Assembly (NCBI GenBank): GCA_026709025.1
Contig: JAPOTT010000019.1
Span: 20,094-84,093, forward strand
Length of the DNA: 64,000 nucleotides
DNA from: a bacterium
Lineage (GTDB): Bacteria > Actinomycetota > Acidimicrobiia > Acidimicrobiales > Bin134
Direction: 5' to 3'
The position numbers were made by a program, and so were the translations under genes. Positions 38,109-47,006 of the stretch are shown one piece after another. The notes beneath the pieces are model-generated. The model saw nothing but the letters and a program-made list of their open reading frames with translations. It searched no databases and had not been told where the DNA came from. Positions within the stretch are counted from its first letter, which is position 1. Each line of letters starts with the position of its first letter.

Positions 38109-38717
38109 TTAATCAGACTCATACTGGCAAATATATGGAAGTTGTCGGTATTGCTCGGCCACATCTAGGCCGAAGCCCACAACGAAATCTGGTGGAATCT
38201 CAAAGCCAACGTAGCGCAGGTGCAGATCGTTTTGCTGAAAGTCTTGGCGAACCAGCAGGGCACAAACCTCAAGGCTAGCTGGGTTACGAGCTAGCAGATT
38301 TTTATGAAGATAGCTCAGCGTTAGACCACTGTCAACGATGTCTTCCACCAAGATCACATGCCGATCTGCTAGATCTAGGTCTAGATCTTTGACGATCCTC
38401 ACCACCCCGCTGGTGCGTGTGGAGCTGCCATAAGAAGACACAGCCATAAAGTCAAACTCCACTGGTAAGTCTACGGCCCGGGCCAAATCAGCCATGAACA
38501 TGAACGCACCCTTTAGCACTCCAATCAAAAGGGGTACCCTGCCGTGGTAATCGCGGGTGATGCTGGCTCCGAGCGTTGTGATGCACGTGGACAGCTCATC
38601 GGTTGTGATCAGCACCGGCCCCGGTTGACCGTTGTTGTTGCCAGAACTCTCAGACACCCCAGAACTCTTAGACACCCCAGAACTCTTAGACACGCCAGAC
38701 AAGTTAGCTGCGCTCAC
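38109..38717 (-). CDS. hpt: Hypoxanthine phosphoribosyltransferase with a repeat-containing N-terminal extension
   Basis: Core motifs LLIGVLKGAFMFMADL and VILVEDIVDSGLTL. I start it at the GTG at 38717, overlapping the tilS stop (GTGA). The ORF-track ATG at 38759 would overlap tilS by 46 nt. A later GTG before VLITTDEL is also possible. Confidence 0.85.
   Translation of the reverse strand: MSAANLSGVSKSSGVSKSSGVSESSGNNNGQPGPVLITTDELSTCITTLGASITRDYHGRVPLLIGVLKGAFMFMADLARAVDLPVEFDFMAVSSYGSSTRTSGVVRIVKDLDLDLADRHVILVEDIVDSGLTLSYLHKNLLARNPASLEVCALLVRQDFQQNDLHLRYVGFEIPPDFVVGFGLDVAEQYRQLPYICQYESD
38641..38700. repeat. 18-bp tandem repeat, about 3.3 copies (CCAGAACTCTYAGACACS), encoding (SGVSKS)n on the minus strand
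   Basis: Read directly: ccagaactctcagacacc / ccagaactcttagacacc / ccagaactcttagacacg / ccagac... Confidence 0.9.
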
Positions 38718-39586
38718 TTGGTTACGCAGAGCCGTTGAGCAGATCGAGTTACGCTCCACCCATCTCCAACATCGGTAGAGCGAGCTTGGTTTCGTGCAAC
38801 CGCTAACACACGTTGCACGCTAGCTGCGTCTATGGGGTGTTCTGCTTGGGTTTCGGCTTGTATCCAGCGTCGTAGTACAACGGCCACTAGAGCCTCAGGC
38901 AGGTTCGCTAGGTTTTTGGCATCAGTAGGATCAATGTCGGTTGCTAGCTCATCTAGGAGGTCTCGCACACCGCCTAGCACCTCAGCATTGCGGGCTATTA
39001 CCGGCACAACGTCTCGTTTTGCAATGTCACACAGCAACGGTAACAGTTCGTGGCGCACGCGGTTTCGCCGGTAGGCAGGATCTAGGTTAGATGGATCTTT
39101 AAGTGGCTCCAACCCAACGGTTTCGCACAAGCTTTGAGTTTCTGAGCGACGCAGTTGCAGAAGCGGTCTATTAGCGAGCCCGATGCCAGCTAAGCCATCT
39201 ACCGCAGCGCCGCGCATGAGGTTCAACAACACGGTTTCTGCTTGATCATCGGCGGTATGGCCGGTTAGCACTCCGGTGGGTAAAACTTTATAGCGGGCGG
39301 CCCGAGCGCGTGCTTCTAGGTTTGGGCCGGGTGTGCATGGGGCGCTGCGGGCTTCAAAGTTCGCCTTCCAACGGGCAGCTACAGCAGCTACTTTGGCGGC
39401 TTCTTGGGCTGATCCGGGGCGCAGGCCATGATCTACGTGCCAAGCCGTTACCTCACAACCTGCTTCTGTGGCCAAAACAAGTAAAGCCAACGAATCGGGT
39501 CCACCAGATACAGCGCAATGTACAGCTGAGTTGGCGGGCGGAAACTTGCAGCGTTCTAGCAGCTTTGCAATGTTAGATGTCACCAT
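38714..39586 (-). CDS. tilS: tRNA(Ile)-lysidine synthetase
   Basis: PP-loop motif AVSGGPDSLALLVLA. The start is set at the ATG at 39586 (MVTSNIAKLL...), because the longer ORF-track start overlaps the upstream gene. Confidence 0.85.
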   Translation of the reverse strand: MVTSNIAKLLERCKFPPANSAVHCAVSGGPDSLALLVLATEAGCEVTAWHVDHGLRPGSAQEAAKVAAVAARWKANFEARSAPCTPGPNLEARARAARYKVLPTGVLTGHTADDQAETVLLNLMRGAAVDGLAGIGLANRPLLQLRRSETQSLCETVGLEPLKDPSNLDPAYRRNRVRHELLPLLCDIAKRDVVPVIARNAEVLGGVRDLLDELATDIDPTDAKNLANLPEALVAVVLRRWIQAETQAEHPIDAASVQRVLAVARNQARSTDVGDGWSVTRSAQRLCVTK

Positions 39587-39612
39587 CCTATAGCAAACGC
39601 CCGGTTGTGGGC

Positions 39613-40722
39613 CTATGCCGTTGCTACAGGCGTGGTTTCGATGTTGGCAAGCGTGTTCATTCTGTTTATCCACTGCTCAGGGTTGCGTATCTCTGTCATA
39701 GTAGGTAGGTGGTTTGAGGATTCCCAGGCACGATTAACTAACGCTGGCCCACCGGTAGCCTCTACGGCTGCAATGAAGTCTTCGCCCGCTGTGTATTGGT
39801 TGAGCTTGGCCTCAAGCCCGATGAGCTGTTGAAGCAAACGAGCCAAGCCTTTGGCAGATTTGCGACGCTCGCGCAGGACTTTAGAAAAATGAGTAGCTTC
39901 AGGAATGAGTTCAGCACCAGCTCTGTCCATTGTGACATCACCGTGGCCTTCCAACAGGCTCATCATGCCGCCAATCTTTTCTAAAATTGCTTTTTGCTCG
40001 GGGGTGGCCAAGAGCGCAGGCAAACCTCCGTCGGCCCATAAGTCTTCGCCGCGGCGGCGTGATTCTAAGGCATCTTTAGCTACCTGCTTGAAGTGTTCTA
40101 GGTTGGGTTCTGAAAAATCTAGCGCTTCGTCTATCAACCCCAAAAAATAGGGCCGCAGCCAACTGATACCGGTGAATTGAGCCCGGTGAGTGGTTTCGTG
40201 CAATGCCAACCATAAACGAAATTGACGCGGATCAAAGTCGTATTTGTGTTCAATAGCCATCACGTTAGGCCCTACGTAATAAACCATGTCTTGATCTTCG
40301 GGGCGGTCGTCTTCAATGATCAACAAGTCGTACTGCCCCAACACTCGGGTAGACATCCAGCCCAGCATGGTACCCACTTCGGTGCCGCTCACCTTTTGGG
40401 TAACAGGTGCCAGCCAAGATGCCGATCCCTTCTCGGTCATCTTTTCGATAACCGGTCGCAGGAGCCGCTGAAACGAAGCTAGGTTGGCATCTATCCAGCC
40501 TTCACGGTTGGTTACCTGAGCCCGGGCGGGCCCCGCTTTAGATATCAAACCCGTTTCGGCTGCTACAAGCTCTTCGGCCTGCGCGGTAAGGTCTGCCATC
40601 TCAGGGCCAAGTTGACGATAGTGGTAAGAATCTAAGAAGGGCTCATGGCCGCTAACTCGTTTAGCTAGCTTCTTGGCTAAACGCCAATCTATTGAATTGC
40701 TGTGGTTGGCACTTGTTGGCAC
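39613..40722 (-). CDS. Zinc-dependent metalloprotease, DUF2342-like
   Basis: 369-aa ORF with HExxH (LALHETTHRAQF). It sits in the conserved actinobacterial position upstream of tilS-hpt. Confidence 0.65.
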   Translation of the reverse strand: MPTSANHSNSIDWRLAKKLAKRVSGHEPFLDSYHYRQLGPEMADLTAQAEELVAAETGLISKAGPARAQVTNREGWIDANLASFQRLLRPVIEKMTEKGSASWLAPVTQKVSGTEVGTMLGWMSTRVLGQYDLLIIEDDRPEDQDMVYYVGPNVMAIEHKYDFDPRQFRLWLALHETTHRAQFTGISWLRPYFLGLIDEALDFSEPNLEHFKQVAKDALESRRRGEDLWADGGLPALLATPEQKAILEKIGGMMSLLEGHGDVTMDRAGAELIPEATHFSKVLRERRKSAKGLARLLQQLIGLEAKLNQYTAGEDFIAAVEATGGPALVNRAWESSNHLPTMTEIRNPEQWINRMNTLANIETTPVATA

Positions 40723-40731
40723 TTGTTACGT

Positions 40732-40914
40732 TTATTCCAACTCATCTATGTGGTGAGACCGAACGTGGCGCTGATAGCGAGCGTTGTAGCGAGGCCCAAC
40801 CACCTTTACGAAGTAGCCAACGATGGTAGCGATAACTAGCGGCACCACACCTAGCACAATGGCCAAGCCAATCCACCAGTGCCAGACTACCGCGGCTGTT
40901 ATATCCATCGCCAT
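40732..40914 (-). CDS. Possible 60-aa single-pass membrane protein
   Basis: The ORF has one clear TM (VVWHWWIGLAIVLGVVPLVIATIVGYFV). No family recognised. Confidence 0.3.
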   Translation of the reverse strand: MAMDITAAVVWHWWIGLAIVLGVVPLVIATIVGYFVKVVGPRYNARYQRHVRSHHIDELE

Positions 40915-40987
40915 ACATTAGGCCACTGTTTGTGAGCATCTCCAAACAGTGACGCTTCATCGGCTAGTGGGTGCAAACTGTGTGGGT

Positions 40988-41272
40988 TCAAAAATCGGTA
41001 ATCTCTAGGTCGTCTAACACTACTCGCTGAAGGCTTTCGCTAATGCGAATTTGAAGTGACTCGGGGGCTGCCTCTCGACAGGCTTGACCCATGGCCAACT
41101 TAAATTGCACCCTTGCATCTAGGGTTTGCATGCATGCAAAGCAGCTTGATAACTCGGCGCGCACACGGTTCACGATTTCCACCGTGGGTTGGCCTTCCAA
41201 CGCGCTAAAAATTAAGCGCTGGGAGAACTCACATTGGTCCGGGCGCCCCATACAGGCCCCACCGTCAACCAT
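40988..41272 (-). CDS. Anti-sigma factor, RsrA/ZAS-like
   Basis: 94-aa ORF downstream of the ECF sigma gene. It has an N-terminal Cys (QCEF) and ELSSCFAC where ZAS proteins have HxxxCxxC. AGGGGG lies 7 nt before the ATG. Confidence 0.55.
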   Translation of the reverse strand: MVDGGACMGRPDQCEFSQRLIFSALEGQPTVEIVNRVRAELSSCFACMQTLDARVQFKLAMGQACREAAPESLQIRISESLQRVVLDDLEITDF

Positions 41273-41374
41273 CTTTGCGCCCCCTTCTGTTGGTGGTGGC
41301 TATTGTATCTATATCTACATCTATGTCGTGTAAGACTGTTGTACAGACCATAGCTGTTGTTGTGTTGGCCATGG

Positions 41375-41932
41375 TCATGTCTCGATTTTGTTCTTGCTAA
41401 AGTCCGTCAACCGCTTTTGCAGGGCTTTTCTTCCCCGATGGAGCCTGCTCATCACCGTGCCGATGGGTATGTCGAGGATTTCGGCCACTTCTTTGTACGC
41501 AAAATCTTCCACATCGGCTAACAATACAGCGATGCGGAACTCTTCTGGCAGTGACTCTAGGGCATCGATAATTTCGGTGTCGGTTATGGATTCCATTAGC
41601 ACATCCTCGGCACTGGCGCTGCGGGCGGCGCGAGTATCGCCACCAAAGCGGGGGCTCATGTAGAGATCTTCCATGCTGTCTAAATCCACGGTTTGGGGTT
41701 TGCGTTGCTTGCTTCGGTAGGAGTTGATAAAGGCATTGGTAAGAATCCGAAATAGCCAGGCACGCAAATTTGTGCCCTCTTGAAAGTTGCCGAACCCTCT
41801 GTAGGCCCTTAGATAGGTTTCTTGCACTAAGTCTTCAGCATCGGCAGCGTTGCGAGTCATTCGTCGGGCAGCCGAATAGAGCTGATCCATGTACACCATG
41901 GCTTGATCTGCAAAGGTGGCTTGGTCGGCCAT
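41375..41932 (-). CDS. ECF-type RNA polymerase sigma factor (SigH/SigR-like)
   Basis: 185-aa ORF with region 2 [40 protein letters not shown] and region 4 [22 protein letters not shown]. Confidence 0.85.
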   Translation of the reverse strand: MADQATFADQAMVYMDQLYSAARRMTRNAADAEDLVQETYLRAYRGFGNFQEGTNLRAWLFRILTNAFINSYRSKQRKPQTVDLDSMEDLYMSPRFGGDTRAARSASAEDVLMESITDTEIIDALESLPEEFRIAVLLADVEDFAYKEVAEILDIPIGTVMSRLHRGRKALQKRLTDFSKNKIET

Positions 41933-42036
41933 CTAGGTACTGTAAGCCATGAACCGTATGCGTTGGTTAGTAAACTGCTACAAATAATTTTTATTAGGTA
42001 AACTTGACAAAAGGGAAGCAGTTCCCTTTAGGCTGC

Positions 42037-42072
42037 ATCTCTATGAAAATCTCTATGAAAATCTCTATGAAA
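42037..42072. repeat. 12-bp perfect tandem repeat x3 (ATCTCTATGAAA); each unit contains an in-frame ATG
   Basis: Read directly. It encodes (ISMK)3 at the extreme 5' end of the Fe3+-binding protein gene. Confidence 0.95.
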
Positions 42073-43152
42073 AAACGCATGTATCTTCGACTGCTCGCTG
42101 TGTTGGCAGCTTGTATGGTGCTGGCTGCATCTTGTGGTGATGATGGCGAGAAGCTAGCGGGTGCTGCAGCCACGATCTATGACGGCTCTTGTGCTGGCGA
42201 CAACGGCAGCAGCGTTACCATTTACTCGGGGCGCAGTGAGAACCTGATCAAGCCTGTGTTGGATGCCTTTGCTTGTGAATCTGGTACATCAGTGCAGGTG
42301 CGTTGGGGATCTTCTACCGATTTGGCACTGCTGATAGGCGAAGAGGGCGATCGCACGCAAGCGGATGTGTTCATCTCTCGTTCGCCCGGCCCGGTTGGGT
42401 TTTTGGAGTCAAAAGGATTGCTGGCATCCATGGATAACAGCGTTTTGAGTTTGGTAGACGACAACTTCAGAGGCGCTGAAGGTACTTGGGTTGGCTTTTC
42501 GGGCCGCAAGCGCGTGCTGGTACACAATACGCAAACCGTGCCTGCTGCTGAGCTTCCAAGCTCTGTATTTGAGCTGACCGATCCTAAATGGAGGGGGCGG
42601 GTGGCGATCCCTGCTACCAATGGTTCGTTTGTGGATTGGTTTACGGTATTTCGCGATCAGTATGGCAACGATGAAGCAAGCGGGTGGTTGGACGACATGG
42701 TAGCTAACGATGCTCGGTACTATCCCAACAACGTAGCCATTGTGGAGGCAGCAGCGCGCGGTGAGATTGATATGGGTCTCGTCAACCACTACTACAACTA
42801 TCGCCTTGCAAGCGATGCTGAAGCCGCTGGCGAAACGCATAACGCCTCTAACCACGATCTAGATGACGAAGACATTGGGTCGCTTCTTATCATCACCGCA
42901 GCCACCATGACCCAAAACGCACAAGACACAGATGCTGCTCAGAGCTTTGTTGCGTATCTGTTATCACCTGCGGCACAGAGTTACTTCACCAGCCGTACTT
43001 TTGAGTACCCTCTAGCAGGCGGTGTGGAACCAAATCCTGTTCTAGCACCGCTTGAAGCTTTGTCTATTGGGTCGGTTGATTTTGATGCTCTAGGTGGCGG
43101 TTTTGAAACCACCGAAGACATCATTCAACGTAGTGGGATATTGAGTCAGTAA
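42043..43152 (+). CDS. ABC transporter Fe(3+)-binding periplasmic lipoprotein (FbpA/AfuA-like), orphan
   Basis: Lipobox LAASCGDD; TIYSGRSENLIKPVLDAF; VNHYYNY (tandem Tyr as in FbpA). The start is ambiguous among in-frame codons at 42004 (TTG), 42043, 42055, 42067 and 42079. No permease or ATPase gene is adjacent. Confidence 0.8.
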   Translation: MKISMKISMKKRMYLRLLAVLAACMVLAASCGDDGEKLAGAAATIYDGSCAGDNGSSVTIYSGRSENLIKPVLDAFACESGTSVQVRWGSSTDLALLIGEEGDRTQADVFISRSPGPVGFLESKGLLASMDNSVLSLVDDNFRGAEGTWVGFSGRKRVLVHNTQTVPAAELPSSVFELTDPKWRGRVAIPATNGSFVDWFTVFRDQYGNDEASGWLDDMVANDARYYPNNVAIVEAAARGEIDMGLVNHYYNYRLASDAEAAGETHNASNHDLDDEDIGSLLIITAATMTQNAQDTDAAQSFVAYLLSPAAQSYFTSRTFEYPLAGGVEPNPVLAPLEALSIGSVDFDALGGGFETTEDIIQRSGILSQ

Positions 43153-43159
43153 TTGCTAC

Positions 43160-43191
43160 CTGCACCTCTGCTTATCAAGGCAGAGGTGCAG
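43160..43191 (+). terminator. GC-rich hairpin after the Fe3+-binding protein gene
   Basis: Perfect 12-bp stem CTGCACCTCTGC / GCAGAGGTGCAG with an 8-nt loop, starting 8 nt after the stop. There is no clear T tract. Confidence 0.5.
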
Positions 43192-43340
43192 TGTGCTGGC
43201 TCAGCCGGGGTGAATGTGCTGGTATTACCGAGGCGTAGAAAGAGCACCTGAGCGGCCTTGTTGCAGGTGAGCAAGCAAGTTGGCTAGCCTATCTGCGCCA
43301 TGGTTTACCTACAGCACCCCCACCAGAGCTAAAAGAGAAG

Positions 43341-44279
43341 ATGTTTTACGAACGTCGTTACGGTCACACAGATGACCCATGGTTTCGTATTGGCACCTTT
43401 GGAGTGTCTACTACTGTTTTTGTGCTAGCGCTGGGCGTTATCTCTATGATCATGTGGGCTGTAGAGGGTGCTTACGGGCCTTTGTTTCGGCACCTGATTT
43501 TGGTATCAGATGACCTTACCCTGCGTGGCGACCCCCTTGGAAGTGTTTTGGAAGGTGAGCTTTGGCGGCTGCTTACCTGGCCTATCCCTAATGAGCCAGA
43601 TTTTTGGACGATAGTTCTGTTTGCCATCTTTTATATGTTGGGAAGCCAGCTTGAGAGGTTGTTAGGCCGGTGGCGGTTTGCGTTCTTTTTGCTGGTTTTA
43701 ACCATTGTGCCTGCTGCATGTGTGACCGTGCTTGAGGCATTGTTTGGATTTGAGGGGGTAGCAGCAGGGCTACGGATGGTAGAGGTGGGAGTGTTGGTTG
43801 CGTTTGCTGCTAACTATGCCCAAGCCAGGTTTTGGCCTGGAATCCCTGGCTGGGTGATAGCCGTAGTGGTTGTGGGGTTAGATGCAATTCAGGCCATCGG
43901 CTCACGAGATGAGTACTCTTTGATTTTGTTGACTTGTACCGTCGCTTTGGCGCTGTTTGGCATTCGTGCTTTTGGACATGCTGCGGATTTAACCTGGATT
44001 CCCAAACTGTCGTTTGGCCCAAGGGTAGGTGGCCCGCAGGCTAAGGGCTCTTTTCGTAGGTCTACAACACGGCAAACCAACCAAACCCGTGGATCAAGGT
44101 TGGGTAGGTCGCAACAAAGTCGTGAACATCTTCGGGCTGTGCCAGTAGATGAAACTAAGGTCACCCCAGAGATAGATGAGCTCTTGGATCAGGTTGCTAG
44201 CAAGGGTTTAGGTAGTCTGTCGGCAAGACAACGTAAGCGTTTAGAGGCTCACTCCAAGCGCTTGCGCAGGCAACATTAA
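43341..44279 (+). CDS. Rhomboid-like polytopic membrane protein, probably non-catalytic, with a basic C-terminal tail
   Basis: 312-aa ORF with ELWRLLTWPI and FYMLGSQLERLLGRWRF (rhomboid TM2/L1-like). GVAAG sits where rhomboids have GxSG. The C-terminal motif is IDELLDQVASKGLGSLSARQRKRLE. Confidence 0.5.
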   Translation: MFYERRYGHTDDPWFRIGTFGVSTTVFVLALGVISMIMWAVEGAYGPLFRHLILVSDDLTLRGDPLGSVLEGELWRLLTWPIPNEPDFWTIVLFAIFYMLGSQLERLLGRWRFAFFLLVLTIVPAACVTVLEALFGFEGVAAGLRMVEVGVLVAFAANYAQARFWPGIPGWVIAVVVVGLDAIQAIGSRDEYSLILLTCTVALALFGIRAFGHAADLTWIPKLSFGPRVGGPQAKGSFRRSTTRQTNQTRGSRLGRSQQSREHLRAVPVDETKVTPEIDELLDQVASKGLGSLSARQRKRLEAHSKRLRRQH

Positions 44280-44298
44280 CATTAGGGAATAAGGAACA

Positions 44299-45642
44299 AT
44301 GAACACGTTTAGAACCTTTCAGCTTCGTAACTTAGAAGATACGCCAGGCTTTGAAACTATGAGCGAACATCAACGGATGGTGACCCGAGTAGTTGGGTCT
44401 GTGTTGCCATTTAAAACCAACAACTATGTGTGCGAACAGCTTATCGACTGGAACAACGTACCTGAAGACCCGATGTTTCAGCTCACCTTTCCTCAAGAGG
44501 AGATGTTAGACCCAGCACACTTTGCGCGCATCGCCGACCTGCTTAACGCTGGTGCCTCGCGCGAACAGGTAAAGGCTGCGGCGCGGGAGATTCAGCTTAG
44601 CTTGAACCCACATCCGGCTGGTCAGGTAGAGATGAACGCTGGCTACTTGGAAGAAGAGGTAGTGGCGGGGGTGCAACACAAGTACCGCGAGACGGTGTTG
44701 TTTTTCCCCACACAAGGGCAAACCTGCCATGCCTACTGCACCTATTGCTTTAGGTGGCCGCAGTTTGTGCAACTAGACGACCTGAAGTTTGCTAGCAAAG
44801 AGATAGATCGTTTGGTGTCGTATCTGAGGCTACATCCAACGGTGTCAGACGTGTTGTTTACTGGCGGTGATCCAATGATTATGCGAACTGAGTTGATTCG
44901 CAGCTATGTGGAGCCTTTGTTGGATGATGCTTTGGAGATAAACACCATTCGCTTTGGCACAAAAGCACCGGCTTATTGGCCATATAAGTTCACCGATGGT
45001 GAAGAGGCAGACGATCTGTTGCGCCTATTTGAACAGATTGTGGCATCGGGTCGGCACCTAGCAATAATGGCTCATTATTCGCACCCTGTAGAGCTTTCTA
45101 CCGATGTAGCGCAGCAGGCTTTGAGGCGCATCATAGAAACTGGAGCGGTAGTTCGTTGTCAGGCTCCTTTGATTCGCCATGTTAACGATAGTGCTACGGC
45201 TTGGGCTGAGATGATCACCACCGAGGTGAAGTTAGGTGCGGTTCCCTATTACATGTTTGTAGAGCGCGATACTGGAGCTAAGCGTTACTTTGAGGTGCCT
45301 TTGGTGGAGGCATATCAAATCTATACAGATGCGTATAAGCAGGTGTCGGGGTTGGCTCGCACTTGGCGAGGGCCATCTATGTCGGCTACGCCTGGCAAGG
45401 TTTTGGTGGATGGCATTGTAGAGGTGGCTGGCGAGAAGGTTATGGCCCTCAAGTTTGTGCAGGCTCGTAACCCTGATTGGGTGAACAAGCTGTTCTTTGC
45501 TGCTTACGATGAGCAAGCTTCTTGGTTAGATGAGCTGCGCCCTGCGTTTGGCGAGGAGAAGTTTTTTTATATCGATGAGCTGAACAACATGAAGGTAGAT
45601 ACTGCTGAAAGAGTGCAACTCATCACCACTCGAGCCGCTTAG
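44299..45642 (+). CDS. KamA-family radical SAM protein (lysine 2,3-aminomutase-like)
   Basis: 447-aa ORF with the CxxxCxxC cluster motif CHAYCTYCFRW and the downstream FTGGDPM motif. Confidence 0.8.
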   Translation: MNTFRTFQLRNLEDTPGFETMSEHQRMVTRVVGSVLPFKTNNYVCEQLIDWNNVPEDPMFQLTFPQEEMLDPAHFARIADLLNAGASREQVKAAAREIQLSLNPHPAGQVEMNAGYLEEEVVAGVQHKYRETVLFFPTQGQTCHAYCTYCFRWPQFVQLDDLKFASKEIDRLVSYLRLHPTVSDVLFTGGDPMIMRTELIRSYVEPLLDDALEINTIRFGTKAPAYWPYKFTDGEEADDLLRLFEQIVASGRHLAIMAHYSHPVELSTDVAQQALRRIIETGAVVRCQAPLIRHVNDSATAWAEMITTEVKLGAVPYYMFVERDTGAKRYFEVPLVEAYQIYTDAYKQVSGLARTWRGPSMSATPGKVLVDGIVEVAGEKVMALKFVQARNPDWVNKLFFAAYDEQASWLDELRPAFGEEKFFYIDELNNMKVDTAERVQLITTRAA

Positions 45643-45670
45643 TAGGTAGCTAAGGCTAAGTACGATTTTG

Positions 45671-46933
45671 TTAATTACTGCTAGAGGTGCGTGCCAAGTA
45701 GGCTTCGCGTGCTTTTTGGCTAGCGTGATGCCCAGATAGCTCGTGAATATGCTTTAGCGTTGTTTGGTTAACTGTGGGGTGAAGGTGTACCACCACCCCG
45801 TTCATGTTGGGCACAGCATGGAGCAACGCGTGCTCTGTAGCTTCGGCGATTGCATGGGCCTCAAGCACGTTTAGGTTGGAGTCTACTTGTATTGACAAAT
45901 CGCATTCCATCCGATGGCCTGCCCAGCGGGCACGTACTCGATCTACTGATTTCACACCAGGGGTTGCTTTCGCAACTGTGATTAGTCGCTCAGTCAAGCC
46001 ATCCTCCACGCCATCTAGCATTCGCGAAAACACCGGTCTCATGCTCGCTACAAGGATTCCAAATACCAAAAGGCCGATGAGGAAACCCATGATGGCATCA
46101 GCTTGTTCAAAGCCAAGCCAAATGCCAACCACACCAATCACAACCCCTATTGAGCTCAGACCATCGGTGCGGGCGTGTTGTCCCTCTGCAATTAGGGTTG
46201 CGGAGTTAATTCGTTTACCGGCACGGATGCGGTAGATGGCAACCATCTCATTACCTAAGAAGCCAACAATTCCCGCAGAGAACACCCAAGCCAAGTTGTT
46301 CAGATCACGGGGGTTGATGAGGGCATCAATTGCTTCGTAGAAGATGTAGCCAACGCTTACCAAAATGATAAGCCCGATAAACAGGCCCACTAGATCTTCC
46401 ACGCGGCGGTATCCATAGTTATAGCGCTTGGTTGGCCGTTTTCTGCCTAACTGAAATGCAATTACCAGAGGAATGGTGGTAATAGCGTGGCCAATGTTGT
46501 GGATGGTATCTGCCAAAAGCGCTACCGATCCTGAAATGGCTACGATAACCACTTGGGCTATAGCGGTAGCCATCATCCCTGCTAGCCCGATCCAAGCAGT
46601 GCGGATTCCTTCTTTGCTGGATTCTTCTGCAGATTGGATTTTGTCGGCGTGATCGTGAGCGTGCGGCAAGAGGGCATGCTTGAGTTTGGCCAAAAGCCCA
46701 GTGTCGTGCGAATGATCGTCGTGGCTGTGACTGTGATCGCTGTGGCTGTGATGATCGTCGTGGCTGTGGTGTTGGTCTTCGCCGTGTTCGTGGGCATGGT
46801 TGTTATGGCTGTGTTCGTCGTGACTGTGATGATCGTCGTGGCTGTGGTGTTCGTGCTCATCACTGTGCTGGCTGTCGCTGTGTTTATGGTTGTCTTTCAT
46901 GGCGTTGCTTTCTTCCAAATCGTTCGTAACCAA
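45671..46933 (-). CDS. Cation diffusion facilitator (CDF) transporter with a ~90-aa His/Asp-rich N-terminal extension
   Basis: 420-aa ORF with a CDF core (six TMs, HNIGHAITT, and a C-terminal cytoplasmic domain). The N-terminus reads HSDSQHSDEHEHHSHDDHHSHDEHSHNNHAHEHGEDQHHSHDDHHSHSDHSHSHDDHSHD. Confidence 0.85.
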   Translation of the reverse strand: MVTNDLEESNAMKDNHKHSDSQHSDEHEHHSHDDHHSHDEHSHNNHAHEHGEDQHHSHDDHHSHSDHSHSHDDHSHDTGLLAKLKHALLPHAHDHADKIQSAEESSKEGIRTAWIGLAGMMATAIAQVVIVAISGSVALLADTIHNIGHAITTIPLVIAFQLGRKRPTKRYNYGYRRVEDLVGLFIGLIILVSVGYIFYEAIDALINPRDLNNLAWVFSAGIVGFLGNEMVAIYRIRAGKRINSATLIAEGQHARTDGLSSIGVVIGVVGIWLGFEQADAIMGFLIGLLVFGILVASMRPVFSRMLDGVEDGLTERLITVAKATPGVKSVDRVRARWAGHRMECDLSIQVDSNLNVLEAHAIAEATEHALLHAVPNMNGVVVHLHPTVNQTTLKHIHELSGHHASQKAREAYLARTSSSN

Positions 46934-47006
46934 GTTGACTGCGGTAATGATAATTACATTGTGACACTACAAATCACTGTGAGCATCATATAAGAACTGC
47001 TGCAGC

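Noticed and set aside
41994-42012. Possible IdeR/DtxR iron box (TTAGGTAAACTTGACAAAA) upstream of the Fe3+-binding protein gene, overlapping a TTGACA -35-like hexamer
   Set aside because: Only the left half-site matches well (about 14/19 to TWAGGTWAGSCTWACCTWA by hand count) and the right half is poor. That is not enough to call an operator without a matrix scan.
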